Positions 36,672 through 45,967 of a stretch of 64,000 bases of DNA are shown in pieces (the first letter of the stretch is position 1; each line of letters begins with the position of its first letter). The position numbers and the translations under genes are program-made. The stretch comes from Corallococcus caeni (GTDB lineage: Bacteria > Myxococcota > Myxococcia > Myxococcales > Myxococcaceae). The DNA is taken from NCBI RefSeq assembly GCF_036245885.1, contig NZ_BTTX01000008.1. One strand, given 5' to 3'. The notes under the pieces were generated by a model. That model saw nothing but the letters and a program-made list of their open reading frames with translations, was not told the origin of the DNA and made no database searches.

Positions 36672-38852
36672 ATGAAGTCCAGAATCGCAGTGACGACCGC
36701 GGCGCTGCTGTTGCCGCTGGTGGCGGGGGCCGCCGGCAAGGCGCCCGCGAAGCCGGCCGCCGCGGAGAAGCGGCCCGTGGAGACGACCTACCACGGCACC
36801 ACCGTGACGGATCCGTACCAGTGGATGGAGTCCGCCACCGACCCCAAGGTCCAGCAGTGGACCGACTCGCAGAACACGTACACGCGCGCGTACCTGGACA
36901 AGCTCCCGGGCCGCGAGCCGCTGCGCCAGCGCATCACGGAGATCCTCTCCTGGAAGTCGCCCGGCTACGGCGGCCTGGACGAGCAGGGCGGCACGCTGCT
37001 GGCGCTGAAGTACCAGCCGCCCAAGCAGCAGCCCACGCTCATCGTGGTGGGCTCGCTGGACGACACGTCGAAGGAGCGCGTGCTGGTGGACCCCACGGTC
37101 GTGGACACCTCCGGCAAGACGACCATCGACTGGTTCCAGCTGTCGCACGACGGCAAGAAGGTCGCCGTCTCCATGTCCAAGGCGGGCACGGAGAGCGGTG
37201 ACGTGTCCGTGTGGGACGTGGCCTCCTCGAAGGCGATGCCCAACGAGCTGGTGCCGCGCGTCAACAGCGGAACGGCGGGCGGCAGCCTCGCGTGGAACGC
37301 GCAGGGCACGGGCTTCTTCTACACGCGCCATCCGCGGGGCGAGGAGCGCCCGCCCGAGGACCGCAACGTCTACCAGCAGGTGTACTTCCACGCGCTGGGC
37401 ACGCCCACGGAGAAGGACACGTACGCGCTGGGCAAGGACTTCCCGCGCATCGCGATGACGGAGTTGGAGTCCAGCGACGACGGCCAGTACACCTTCGCGC
37501 GCGTGGCCAACGGCGACGGCGGCGAGTACGACCTGTTCCTGCACGGTCCCAAGGGCACCTGGACGCAGGTGGCGAAGTACGCGGACAAGGTGGTGTCCGC
37601 GCGCTTTGGCAGCGACGGCGCGGCGTACCTGATCAGCCGCAAGGATGCGCCGAAGGGCAAGGTGCTGCGGCTGCCCCTGGCCACGCCCACGCTGGACAAG
37701 GCCGCCGTCATCGTGCCGGAGGGCGAGGCGACGGTGCAGGCCGTGGTGCCGACGAAGAGCCGGCTGTACCTGCTGGAGCAGCTGGGCGGTCCGTCGCAGC
37801 TGCGCATGGTGGACCTGACGGGCAAGGCGCAGGGGCTGGTGCCCACGCTGCCGGTGTCGTCGGTGGGCGGCCTGGTGCGCCAGGGCGCGGACGACCTGCT
37901 CGTCGTCAACGGCAGCTTCACCCAGCCGGCCGCGTGGTTCCGCTACTCGGCGGCGGACAACAAGCTCACGAAGACGGCGCTGGCGCGCACGGCGCCCGTC
38001 GACATGAGCGACGTGGAGGTGGTGCGCACGGAGGCCACGTCCAAGGACGGCACCAAGGTGCCGCTCACCATCCTGAAGAAGAAGGGCACGAAGCTGAACG
38101 GGAACAACCCCACGCTGCTCACCGGCTACGGCGGCTTCAACGTCTCCATCAACCCGGGCTACAGCCCGCTGACGGGCATGTGGCTGGAGCAGGGCGGCGT
38201 GTTCGCGGTGGCGAACCTGCGCGGCGGCTCGGAGTTCGGCGAGGAGTGGCACAAGGGCGGCTCGCTCACGAAGAAGCAGAACGTGTTCGACGACTTCTAC
38301 GCGTGCGCGAAGCTGCTGGTGGACCAGAAGTACACGCAGCCGAAGAAGCTGGCCATCCAGGGCGGCAGCAACGGCGGCCTGCTGATGGGCGCGGCCCTGA
38401 CGCAGCACCCGGAGCAGTACGGCGCGGTGGTGGCGCGCGTGGGCATCTACGACATGCTGCGCACGGAGCTGACGCCCAACGGCCAGTTCAACGTGACGGA
38501 GTACGGCTCGGTGAAGGACCCGGAGCAGTTCAAGGCGCTGTACAGCTATTCGCCGGTGCACCAGGTGAAGGACGGGACGAAGTACCCGTCGGTGCTCTTC
38601 ACGTCCGGGGCCAATGACCCGCGCGTGGATCCGTACCACTCGCGCAAGATGGTGGCCCGGATGCAGTCCGCGACGGCGTCCCCCAAGCCCATCCTGCTGC
38701 GCGCCAACGCGGAGACGGGCCACGGCATGGGCACGCCGCTGTCCGCGCGCATCGAGGAGGAGGTGGACGTCTACTCCTTCGTCTTCAACGAGCTGGGCAT
38801 GACGTACAAGCCCAACGCGACGAAGAAGGTCTCCGCGCCCGCGCCCAAGTAG
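36672..38852 (+). CDS. Prolyl oligopeptidase family serine peptidase (S9A)
   Basis: Signal peptide, beta-propeller N-domain and a catalytic domain with GGSNGG nucleophile elbow and C-terminal His region. Confidence 0.85.
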   Translation: MKSRIAVTTAALLLPLVAGAAGKAPAKPAAAEKRPVETTYHGTTVTDPYQWMESATDPKVQQWTDSQNTYTRAYLDKLPGREPLRQRITEILSWKSPGYGGLDEQGGTLLALKYQPPKQQPTLIVVGSLDDTSKERVLVDPTVVDTSGKTTIDWFQLSHDGKKVAVSMSKAGTESGDVSVWDVASSKAMPNELVPRVNSGTAGGSLAWNAQGTGFFYTRHPRGEERPPEDRNVYQQVYFHALGTPTEKDTYALGKDFPRIAMTELESSDDGQYTFARVANGDGGEYDLFLHGPKGTWTQVAKYADKVVSARFGSDGAAYLISRKDAPKGKVLRLPLATPTLDKAAVIVPEGEATVQAVVPTKSRLYLLEQLGGPSQLRMVDLTGKAQGLVPTLPVSSVGGLVRQGADDLLVVNGSFTQPAAWFRYSAADNKLTKTALARTAPVDMSDVEVVRTEATSKDGTKVPLTILKKKGTKLNGNNPTLLTGYGGFNVSINPGYSPLTGMWLEQGGVFAVANLRGGSEFGEEWHKGGSLTKKQNVFDDFYACAKLLVDQKYTQPKKLAIQGGSNGGLLMGAALTQHPEQYGAVVARVGIYDMLRTELTPNGQFNVTEYGSVKDPEQFKALYSYSPVHQVKDGTKYPSVLFTSGANDPRVDPYHSRKMVARMQSATASPKPILLRANAETGHGMGTPLSARIEEEVDVYSFVFNELGMTYKPNATKKVSAPAPK

Positions 38853-38867
38853 CCGTGCTTCTCTTCA

Positions 38868-38915
38868 CGCCCGTCTCCCGAGCCCCAGGGCTTGGAGACG
38901 GGCGTTTCTTCTTCC
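38868..38915 (+). terminator. Rho-independent terminator after the prolyl oligopeptidase gene
   Basis: Perfect 11-bp stem (cgcccgtctcc / ggagacgggcg) with a 15-nt loop, followed by tttcttcttcc. Confidence 0.7.
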
Positions 38916-38940
38916 GGATTTCGTGGCAGCCTGCCGCCCC

Positions 38941-39372
38941 ATGAGCCCGCTTATCCCCTACTTCATCCTTTCGCCCGTGGTCGCGGGCGGCCTGGCCTGG
39001 TGGACGCTCACCCGTCTCGGAAAGAAGCGGAACGCGCGCGCGAAGGGTTCGCTGGACGCGGTGGTGACGCGGCTGCAAGGGCAGAAGGCCACGGGGACGG
39101 TTGACCTCTTCGTCCAGGACGTGTCGTGGTCCGGGGAGACGGAGCTGTCGCCGCAGAACTGCCGCGTCCGCGTGGTGATGGGCGGCCAGGATGCCAGCAC
39201 CATCCCCCCGCGCTTCGAGGTGGAGAGCGCGCCGGGAGCGCCCCGTCCTCCCGCGGACGTACTCGCGGCGCTGCGCGTGCTGGATGCGCAGGCGACGGAG
39301 GCCCTGAAGTCCGGCGGCTGGAGCTGGCAGCGGCCCACGGTGAGCTTCGAGCCAGCGACGCCGCCGCGGTAA
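38941..39372 (+). CDS. Hypothetical membrane-anchored protein
   Basis: N-terminal TM segment (LIPYFILSPVVAGGLAWWTL). No family recognised. The start could also be 38923. Confidence 0.4.
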   Translation: MSPLIPYFILSPVVAGGLAWWTLTRLGKKRNARAKGSLDAVVTRLQGQKATGTVDLFVQDVSWSGETELSPQNCRVRVVMGGQDASTIPPRFEVESAPGAPRPPADVLAALRVLDAQATEALKSGGWSWQRPTVSFEPATPPR

Positions 39373-39443
39373 CGATGCGAATGGCGTTGCCTGCCGCACG
39401 TCCGGCGGGATTCCGGTGACGGGTCGAGGAGCGCGGTGCCAGC

Positions 39444-40538
39444 ATGCGCCGCATGTCCTCGACCTTCCTCGATACGCTCGACACGCCGGCCGCCATCGTG
39501 GACCTGGACCGCGTCGAGCGGAACCTCCAACGCGTCGCGACCTACGCCCGCGAGCACGGCCTGCGCTGGCGCCCCCATACGAAGACGCACAAGACGGCGG
39601 AGCTGGGCGCGATGCAGGTAGCGGCGGGGGCTTCCGGCGTCACGGTGGCCACGGTGCTGGAAGCCGAGGTCATGGCGTCCGTGTCGGACGACGTGCTGCT
39701 CGCGTACCCGCCCGTGGGCGCGCACAAGCTGGCGCGGTTGATGGCCCTGCCCTCGCGCCTGCGGCTCACCGTGGCGCTCGACTCCCATGACGTGCTGGAG
39801 GGGCTGGCGCGCGCGGCCCGGGATGCGGGGCGCACCGTTGGCGTGCTCGTGGAGGTGGACCTGGGCATGCGCCGCGTGGGGCTGCGCACGCCGGAGGAGA
39901 CGGTGGCGCTGGCGCGTGCGGCGGCGTCCACGGCCGGTGTGGCGTTTCGCGGGGTGACGTTCTACGCGGGCCACATCCGCGTCCCCCAGGCGGAGCTGTC
40001 CGCCGCGATGCAGGCCCAGTCCGAAGCGCTGGCGACGTTCGTGGGCGCATTGAGCCACGCCGGCCTGCCGCCGGAGGTGGTCAGCGGCGGCTCCACCCCG
40101 ACGCTCTGGCAATCCCATACCGTGAAGGGCCTTACGGAGATCCGTCCCGGTCTCAACGTGCTCAACGACCGCAACGCGGCCGTCATCGGCGCGTGTGATT
40201 GGACGGAGTGTGCCTATTCGGTGCTGGCCACGGTGGTGAGCACTGCCGTGCCCGGCCAGGTGGTCATCGACGCGGGGTCCAAGGCGCTGGTGAAGGAGGA
40301 GGGGCTCGCGCCGGGCTACGGCGCCCTGCTGGACCGGCCGGAGGTCGTGGTGAAGAACCTGTCGGAGGAGCACGGCCTGCTGGACGTGTCCGGCACTGAG
40401 TGGCGCCCGCGCATCGGTGAGCGCGTGCGCGTGGTGCCCAACCATGTCTGTGTTTCCGTCCCCCAGCATCCCCGGCTGCACGTCGTGCGCGGCGACGAGG
40501 GCGTGGCGGCGTGGGAGGTCACGGCGCGCGGCTGGTGA
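39444..40538 (+). CDS. PLP-dependent alanine racemase N-terminal-domain family enzyme (D-serine deaminase / D-threonine aldolase-like, DSD1 type)
   Basis: PHTKTHKT (PLP Lys motif), N-terminal TIM-barrel region and a C-terminal beta domain. Confidence 0.75.
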   Translation: MRRMSSTFLDTLDTPAAIVDLDRVERNLQRVATYAREHGLRWRPHTKTHKTAELGAMQVAAGASGVTVATVLEAEVMASVSDDVLLAYPPVGAHKLARLMALPSRLRLTVALDSHDVLEGLARAARDAGRTVGVLVEVDLGMRRVGLRTPEETVALARAAASTAGVAFRGVTFYAGHIRVPQAELSAAMQAQSEALATFVGALSHAGLPPEVVSGGSTPTLWQSHTVKGLTEIRPGLNVLNDRNAAVIGACDWTECAYSVLATVVSTAVPGQVVIDAGSKALVKEEGLAPGYGALLDRPEVVVKNLSEEHGLLDVSGTEWRPRIGERVRVVPNHVCVSVPQHPRLHVVRGDEGVAAWEVTARGW

Positions 40539-40648
40539 CAGTCCGTACCGCCCCAGCGTGCCGCCCGGCTGTCATCTAGCGGTCCGTGCGCTGCCACTGG
40601 CAATGGGGGATGCCGCTGACGGTGTTGTGTCTAGCATTTCGCCTGTTG

Positions 40649-40664
40649 CCGGAAGGACTTCCGG
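40649..40664. promoter_or_regulatory. Perfect palindrome CCGGAAGGACTTCCGG 12 nt upstream of the start of the first beta-helix gene
   Basis: 7-bp arms (CCGGAAG/CTTCCGG) with a 2-nt centre, immediately 5' of the GGGAGG Shine-Dalgarno. The whole ~55-nt leader is duplicated ahead of the paralog. Confidence 0.5.
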
Positions 40665-40676
40665 CTGGGAGGCGGC

Positions 40677-41831
40677 ATGCATAAAGCAGAGGGCTTTTCC
40701 GTCACGGCGGCCATCGCTGCACTGTTCCTGGGAGCACCCGCGGCATTCGCGGCGGACAGGGAGGCGCTCGACGCCCGGTTGCAGCAAGCGAAGCCTGTCG
40801 AATGCGACGTTCAGTGTGGCGACGTCATCACCCAGCACACGAAGCTCACACATGACCTGTCATGCCCGGGCACGGACGAGCCCGCGCTCCGCATCGAAGG
40901 TGACGGCATCGTCCTCGACCTCGGCGGCCACACCGTGAGCCGCTCGGGCCCGGAGCGGTTCAACACAAGGGGCGTCGTGGTCAGCGGCGAGAGCATGGTG
41001 CGCCACGGCACGATTCGCGGCTTCGGTCAGGGTGTCCGGACCGTCGCCACGGGCTATCTGCGGCTGCACGAGCTCACGTTCGCGGACAATGGCGTCGCGG
41101 TCTACAACTACACGGGCAACCGCTTCCTCGTCACCCATTCACGCTTCATTGGCAATGACTTCGGATTCTTGAGTGAGTTCGACGTGTCCTCGGGGTCGCT
41201 CGACGTGAGGTCGAGCCATTTCGAGAACAATGGCCAGGCGATCTTCCTGAACAGCCACTCCGCCGACGTCCTCGACTCGACCTTCACGTCGAACGAGGTC
41301 GCCATCAACTGTTTCTATGGCAGCACGCGCGTCCGCTCGAGCGTCTTCACACGGAACCAGGCCGTGGCCTCAGCTGCGGACCCCGGCCAAGGTCCATTCC
41401 TCTGCGATACGCTTCGGTTCGAGGACTCCCTTCTCGCGAACAACACCTCGTTCGGATTGCAAGTGGTGTCGAACCTGGCGATGGTCAACAACCTGCTCAT
41501 GGGCAACGACGGTGGACTCGCAGTCAAAGCCAGCACGGTCTACATCCATGGCAACACCTTCTTGGACAACGCGGGTGGACTGACCCTCAGCGACTCTCCC
41601 ATCGTGGCTGGACAGCGGCTCACCGGCATCGTTCGCGCCAACCGGTTCCTTCACAACGACGGTGACGGCCTGCGCGTCCTGCCGCCCAGCACGCCCACGG
41701 TGATTGGCAACGTGGCCGTGGGCAACACGGGCTGGGGCATCCACGCGCCCACCGCCTACGACGGGGGCGGCAACGTCGCGCGGAACAACGGCGCGGGCCA
41801 ATGTGAGGGCGTCACCTGCGCCCCCTACTGA
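40677..41831 (+). CDS. Secreted right-handed parallel beta-helix repeat protein (pectate-lyase/NosD-like fold), paralog 1
   Basis: Signal peptide and periodic beta-helix turns (VVVSGESMVRHGTIRGF..., NGVAVYNYTGNRFLVTHSRFIGN...). C-terminus GNVAVGNTGWGIHAPTAYDGGGNVARNNGAGQCEG. Confidence 0.65.
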   Translation: MHKAEGFSVTAAIAALFLGAPAAFAADREALDARLQQAKPVECDVQCGDVITQHTKLTHDLSCPGTDEPALRIEGDGIVLDLGGHTVSRSGPERFNTRGVVVSGESMVRHGTIRGFGQGVRTVATGYLRLHELTFADNGVAVYNYTGNRFLVTHSRFIGNDFGFLSEFDVSSGSLDVRSSHFENNGQAIFLNSHSADVLDSTFTSNEVAINCFYGSTRVRSSVFTRNQAVASAADPGQGPFLCDTLRFEDSLLANNTSFGLQVVSNLAMVNNLLMGNDGGLAVKASTVYIHGNTFLDNAGGLTLSDSPIVAGQRLTGIVRANRFLHNDGDGLRVLPPSTPTVIGNVAVGNTGWGIHAPTAYDGGGNVARNNGAGQCEGVTCAPY

Positions 41832-41948
41832 TCCTTCGCCTGCTTGTCCCGCCCCATCGTGCCTCCGGGCCGTCAGCTTCTGGCGGCCCTGCTGACACTG
41901 ACAGGCAGGACCCCGGCCACCCGTCCTTGTCTAGCATTGCGCCGATCG

Positions 41949-41964
41949 CCGGAAGGACTTCCGG
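41949..41964. promoter_or_regulatory. Second copy of palindrome CCGGAAGGACTTCCGG, 11 nt upstream of the paralog-2 start
   Basis: Identical 16-nt palindrome inside the duplicated leader (tgtctagcatt.cgcc....gccggaaggacttccggctgg.aggcggcATGCA). Confidence 0.5.
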
Positions 41965-41975
41965 CTGGAGGCGGC

Positions 41976-43142
41976 ATGCACAAGGTAATGGGCTTCTTCG
42001 TCACAATGGCAATCGCGGGACTGGCCCTGGGAGCGCCCCCGGCGCTCGCGGCGGACAGGGAGCCACTCGACGCCCGGTTCCAGCAAGCGAAGCCGGTCGA
42101 ATGCGACGTCCAGTGTGGCGACGTCATCACCCAACACACGAAGCTCACGCATGACCTGTCCTGCTCGGGCACGGACGGGCCCGCGCTCACCATCGAAGGT
42201 GATGGCATCGTCCTCGATCTGGGGGGCCACACCGTGCGCGACTCGGGTCTGTCCCAACCGGGCGGATACGGCATCGTGGTTTCCGGCGACAGCATGGTGC
42301 GCAACGGCACGATTCGCGGCTTCGCGATAAGCATCTTTACCGAAGGCGCAAGCTATCTGCGGCTGCACGAACTCAAGTTCGAGGACAACGGCGTCGCAGT
42401 CTACGACTTCACCAGCACTTACTTCCTCGTCACCCACTCCCGTTTCATTGGCAGCAATTACGTTTTTTTCAATGACTTCGAGCAGTCCTATGGGTTGTTC
42501 GACGTGAGGTCGAGCCAGTTCGAGAACAATGGCAACGTTTTCCTCCTGCAAGGCCACATCGCAGACATCCTCGATTCGACCTTCACATCGAATGGACTCG
42601 TCCTCGACTGCTTCAGTGGCAGTCTGCGCGTCCGTTCAAGCATCTTCACGCGGAACCAGGCTGTGGTCAGAGCGGTTGACACCGGTGGGAGACCTGACTT
42701 CTGCGGTCACTTGCGGTTCGAGGACTCCCTTCTCGCCAACAACACCTCGTTCGGGACCACGGCAGAGCCGGTTTGGGTGCCGCAGAGCCTGGAGTTGGTC
42801 AACAACCTGTTCGTGGGCAATGGCAGCGGCCTTGAGGTCTACACCTTCACGGTCTATGTCCATGGCAACACCTTCTTGAACAACGCGGGAGGGTTGACCT
42901 TGAGCAACCTTCCCTACGTGGCCCTTCCGCAGACCGGCATCGTTCGCGCCAACCGGTTCCTGTACAACGACGGTGACGGCCTCCGCGTCCCGCCGCCCCA
43001 CACGCCCACGGTGATTGGCAACGTGGCCGTGGGCAACACGGGCTGGGGCATCTACGCGCCCACCGCCTACGACGGGGGCGGCAACGTCGCGCGGAACAAC
43101 GGCGCCGGTAACTGCGAGGGCATTCTCTGCGCCCCCTACTGA
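41976..43142 (+). CDS. Secreted parallel beta-helix repeat protein, paralog 2
   Basis: About 65% identical to paralog 1 over its full length, including the signal peptide and the C-terminal GNVAVGNTGWGIYAPTAYDGGGNVARNNGAGNCEG. Confidence 0.65.
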   Translation: MHKVMGFFVTMAIAGLALGAPPALAADREPLDARFQQAKPVECDVQCGDVITQHTKLTHDLSCSGTDGPALTIEGDGIVLDLGGHTVRDSGLSQPGGYGIVVSGDSMVRNGTIRGFAISIFTEGASYLRLHELKFEDNGVAVYDFTSTYFLVTHSRFIGSNYVFFNDFEQSYGLFDVRSSQFENNGNVFLLQGHIADILDSTFTSNGLVLDCFSGSLRVRSSIFTRNQAVVRAVDTGGRPDFCGHLRFEDSLLANNTSFGTTAEPVWVPQSLELVNNLFVGNGSGLEVYTFTVYVHGNTFLNNAGGLTLSNLPYVALPQTGIVRANRFLYNDGDGLRVPPPHTPTVIGNVAVGNTGWGIYAPTAYDGGGNVARNNGAGNCEGILCAPY

Positions 43143-43155
43143 CCCCTCGCCCATC

Positions 43156-44151
43156 TCAGACGATGCGCTGCAGCTCCTGCGTCAACATCTCCTCCAGGTG
43201 CCGGATGTTCCGGTACACGAGGCACCGGTAGCTGGAGACATCGAAGCGCAGCTCCTTCACGTCGCGCACCAGCATCAGGGTGGGCTTGCCGCGTCCCCAG
43301 GCGTAGCCCACCTCCAGATAGACATTGGGATTCGCCAATGACAGGTCCGCGATGACGACCTTCGCCGTGTCGATGCGGTCCCGGATGCGCTGGATGATGG
43401 GGCCATCGAAGACGGCCTGGTCCACCCGCTCGCACAGCAGGCCGGCCGCCTTCACGGGGTTCAGGATGCCGTAGTGGTAGGTGTCCTCCAACTCCGGCGC
43501 GAAGGGCATCGCCACGAAGGCGTGGGGCTTCTCGTTCGAGTTCGCGCCCGCGCTCGCCATGGGCGGCGCCTGGACGAAGCGGGACGTCCGCCGCACGCGG
43601 AAGCCCGTGGCCCCCATCAGCGGCTCCACGCCCGGCGTGAGCCCGAGCCCCAGCGCGATGGCCTTGCGCAGCCGCTCCACGCGCTTGGGGTTCAGCTCCA
43701 CCACCGTGATGCGCGTGAGGTCGCGCGGCCCGCTGCCGCGCTGGAACGCGTCCACGAAGCCGCCCACCAGGGCCAGCACGGCCTCGTCCTCGTCCAGCCC
43801 GTAGTTGGGGCCATGCACGGTGCACGCGAGGTGACGCACCTCGTGCCGGGGCTCCAGGAGCTGGAGCGCTCGCACGGAGAACTGGCGGATCTCGTGGTAG
43901 CCGAACTGCCGCAGGCGCACCGTGCCCAGGAAGAGCACCAGCGGAGCCCCCAGGCTCCTGCGCGTGTCGATGAAGCGGTGGTCCCCGGGGAGCAGGTCGA
44001 AGGCGTCCATGGCCACGCCCGCCGCCTCCAGCCGGCGCGACACCGCGCCGTCCGCCCCGTGGAAGCCCTGCGCGTACTTCAGCAGCACGGCATCCGCGGG
44101 CGTCTCCCCCACGTCTCCCAGGTCCACCACGACGTCCAGCGTGTCTCCCAT
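43156..44151 (-). CDS. Two-domain protein: N-terminal macro-like domain (tentative) plus C-terminal nucleoside 2-deoxyribosyltransferase-like/TIR-like Rossmann domain
   Basis: C-terminus AFVAMPF...KVVIADLSLANPNVYLEVGYAWGRGKPTLML matches the NDT/DUF1863-type motif. N-terminus VVVDLGDVGETPADAVLLKYAQGFHGADGAVSRRLEAAG loosely matches the macro pattern GDIT..DAIVNAAN..GGGVDGAIHRAAG. Confidence 0.55.
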   Translation of the reverse strand: MGDTLDVVVDLGDVGETPADAVLLKYAQGFHGADGAVSRRLEAAGVAMDAFDLLPGDHRFIDTRRSLGAPLVLFLGTVRLRQFGYHEIRQFSVRALQLLEPRHEVRHLACTVHGPNYGLDEDEAVLALVGGFVDAFQRGSGPRDLTRITVVELNPKRVERLRKAIALGLGLTPGVEPLMGATGFRVRRTSRFVQAPPMASAGANSNEKPHAFVAMPFAPELEDTYHYGILNPVKAAGLLCERVDQAVFDGPIIQRIRDRIDTAKVVIADLSLANPNVYLEVGYAWGRGKPTLMLVRDVKELRFDVSSYRCLVYRNIRHLEEMLTQELQRIV

Positions 44152-44365
44152 GGGCCGGGGACTGTAGGGCGTCCCGGTCCGCCCACGCCATCCCCGGCGC
44201 CCGTCGCCGTGCGTCAGGAAGGGCGAAACACAGACGTGACAGCAGCGGTCAATCCCTGTTCAATGGCGCCCTTGCGCCTGCCTGGCTGTCTTTCAGGCCA
44301 CCTCCGCACTGCCTGTGAAGCGCTTCACAGTTTCCGCCCGGGCGCCCCGGTAGCATTTGGCCACC

Positions 44366-45259
44366 ATGTCCCTGTTCGCGCGCCTGCAGGCCCTGCTGTC
44401 CGCCCACCCGTCCGCCCCGGCCACCTCCGCCGGACAGACGCCCGCGACCTCCGCCGCGCCCACGGCGGCAGGCGCTCCGACGGATGCGGAAGCTGCCCCC
44501 GCGCCGCCGCCCGTCTGCACGCGCTACCTGCCCGCGGGCCAGATCGTCGTGCGCGAGGGCGACCCGGGCCATTCGATGTTCGTCGTGCTGGAGGGCCGCG
44601 TCGCGGTGCTGCGCGGCGGCGACAACGGCGCCAACACGGAGGTCGGCCGCCTGGGCGCCGGCGAGTTCTTCGGCGAGTTGGCGCTGCTCACCGGCACGCA
44701 GCGCACCGCCACCATCGTGACGGTGGAGGACGCCGTGCTGCTGGAGCTCACCCAGGCTGGCGTCCGGGAGCTGGGCAAGGACTACGGCGTCAAGGGCGAG
44801 CAGATGCAGGTCACCGCCCGGGAGCGCCTGCTCGCGGACGCGCTGCGCAGCAACCCGCTCATCGCCGCCCTGCCTCCGGAGGTGCAGCACGAGCTGGGTG
44901 ACGCCTTCGTCCCCTGCACCGTCCCCGCCGGAGAGACGCTGCTCACCCGGGGCCAGCCGGGCGACGCGCTCTACGTCCTCATCCGGGGCCAGTGCGAGGT
45001 CTTCCACACGCACGGCGACGGCCGCCAGTCCCCCTACCCCACGCTGGAGGAAGGCGCCCTGTTCGGAGAGATCTCCCTCTTGCGCAGCCGGCTGGCCACC
45101 GCCACCGTGCGCACCGTGACGCCCTGCACGCTCCTCAAGCTGGAGCGCGACGTGTTCAAGAAGGCCTTCCTGGGCCAGCCCGACCTGCGCGGTGCCCTGG
45201 TGCGGCTGGGCCTGGAGCGGCTCAAGCACACGATGGAAGTCATGGGCGGGCCGACGTAG
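44366..45259 (+). CDS. Protein with two cyclic-nucleotide-binding (cNMP/CAP-effector) domains
   Basis: Two copies of the G(E/A)xFGE(L/I)(A/S)LL...R(T/S)A(T/S)(I/V) phosphate-binding cassette (GEFFGELALLTGTQRTATIV; GALFGEISLLRSRLATATV). Confidence 0.75.
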   Translation: MSLFARLQALLSAHPSAPATSAGQTPATSAAPTAAGAPTDAEAAPAPPPVCTRYLPAGQIVVREGDPGHSMFVVLEGRVAVLRGGDNGANTEVGRLGAGEFFGELALLTGTQRTATIVTVEDAVLLELTQAGVRELGKDYGVKGEQMQVTARERLLADALRSNPLIAALPPEVQHELGDAFVPCTVPAGETLLTRGQPGDALYVLIRGQCEVFHTHGDGRQSPYPTLEEGALFGEISLLRSRLATATVRTVTPCTLLKLERDVFKKAFLGQPDLRGALVRLGLERLKHTMEVMGGPT

Positions 45260-45280
45260 TCCCCGGGGCCTCCCGCAGCC

Positions 45281-45874
45281 TCAGCCGTGGAGCGTCTCCC
45301 CGGCCTCCAGCATGGAGACGAACTTCTCCAGCCGCCGCGCCCGCGTCTCGGGCTTCTTCGCCTCGTGGAGCCGGTAGAGGATGGCGTAGCGGTTGGCGCT
45401 CTTGAGCGTGGCGAAGAACGCCTTCGCCTTCGGGTTCTTCTCCAGCGCGAGCGTCAGGTCCGCCGGAACCTCGATGGTCTTCGCCCCCGCGTACGCGGCC
45501 TCCCAGCGGCCATCCGCGCGCGCCGCCTCCACCTCGCGCAGGCCCGCGGCCTTCATGCGCCCGGCGGCGACCAGGGCCTCCACCTTGCCGCAGTTGATCT
45601 TGGACCACTTGCTGCGCGGCTTGCGCGGCGTGAAGCGCTGGAGCCAGTACTCCGCGTCGAGCGCGTCCTTCTGCCCGTCGATCCAGCCGTAGCAGAGCGC
45701 CACCTCCAGCGCCTGGGCATACGTCACGGACGGTATGCCGGACTCCAGCTTCGCGAGCTTCACCCAGACGCCCGGCGCATCGGCGTGATGCTTCTCCAGC
45801 CACTGCTCCCACGCCTTCTCCGACGCGAACGGCACGACCGGGAGCTCCTGCTTCGCCTTCGCCTTCGCCTTCAT
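45281..45874 (-). CDS. YdeI/OmpD-associated family protein (DUF1801-like)
   Basis: C-terminal NRYAILYRL...ETRARRLEKFV is typical of this family. 197 aa. Confidence 0.7.
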   Translation of the reverse strand: MKAKAKAKQELPVVPFASEKAWEQWLEKHHADAPGVWVKLAKLESGIPSVTYAQALEVALCYGWIDGQKDALDAEYWLQRFTPRKPRSKWSKINCGKVEALVAAGRMKAAGLREVEAARADGRWEAAYAGAKTIEVPADLTLALEKNPKAKAFFATLKSANRYAILYRLHEAKKPETRARRLEKFVSMLEAGETLHG

Positions 45875-45967
45875 CCGGGGGCCACGCCTTTCCCTGTCCC
45901 GCGCTCGCGCGCCGGGTTCATGACAATCCCACTCTACCGGCGGAAGGCGGCGGGCGCGGAAGCGGTT

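Noticed and set aside
36465-38723. 752-aa minus-strand ORF antisense to the prolyl oligopeptidase gene
   Set aside because: Antisense artefact of a high-GC coding region.
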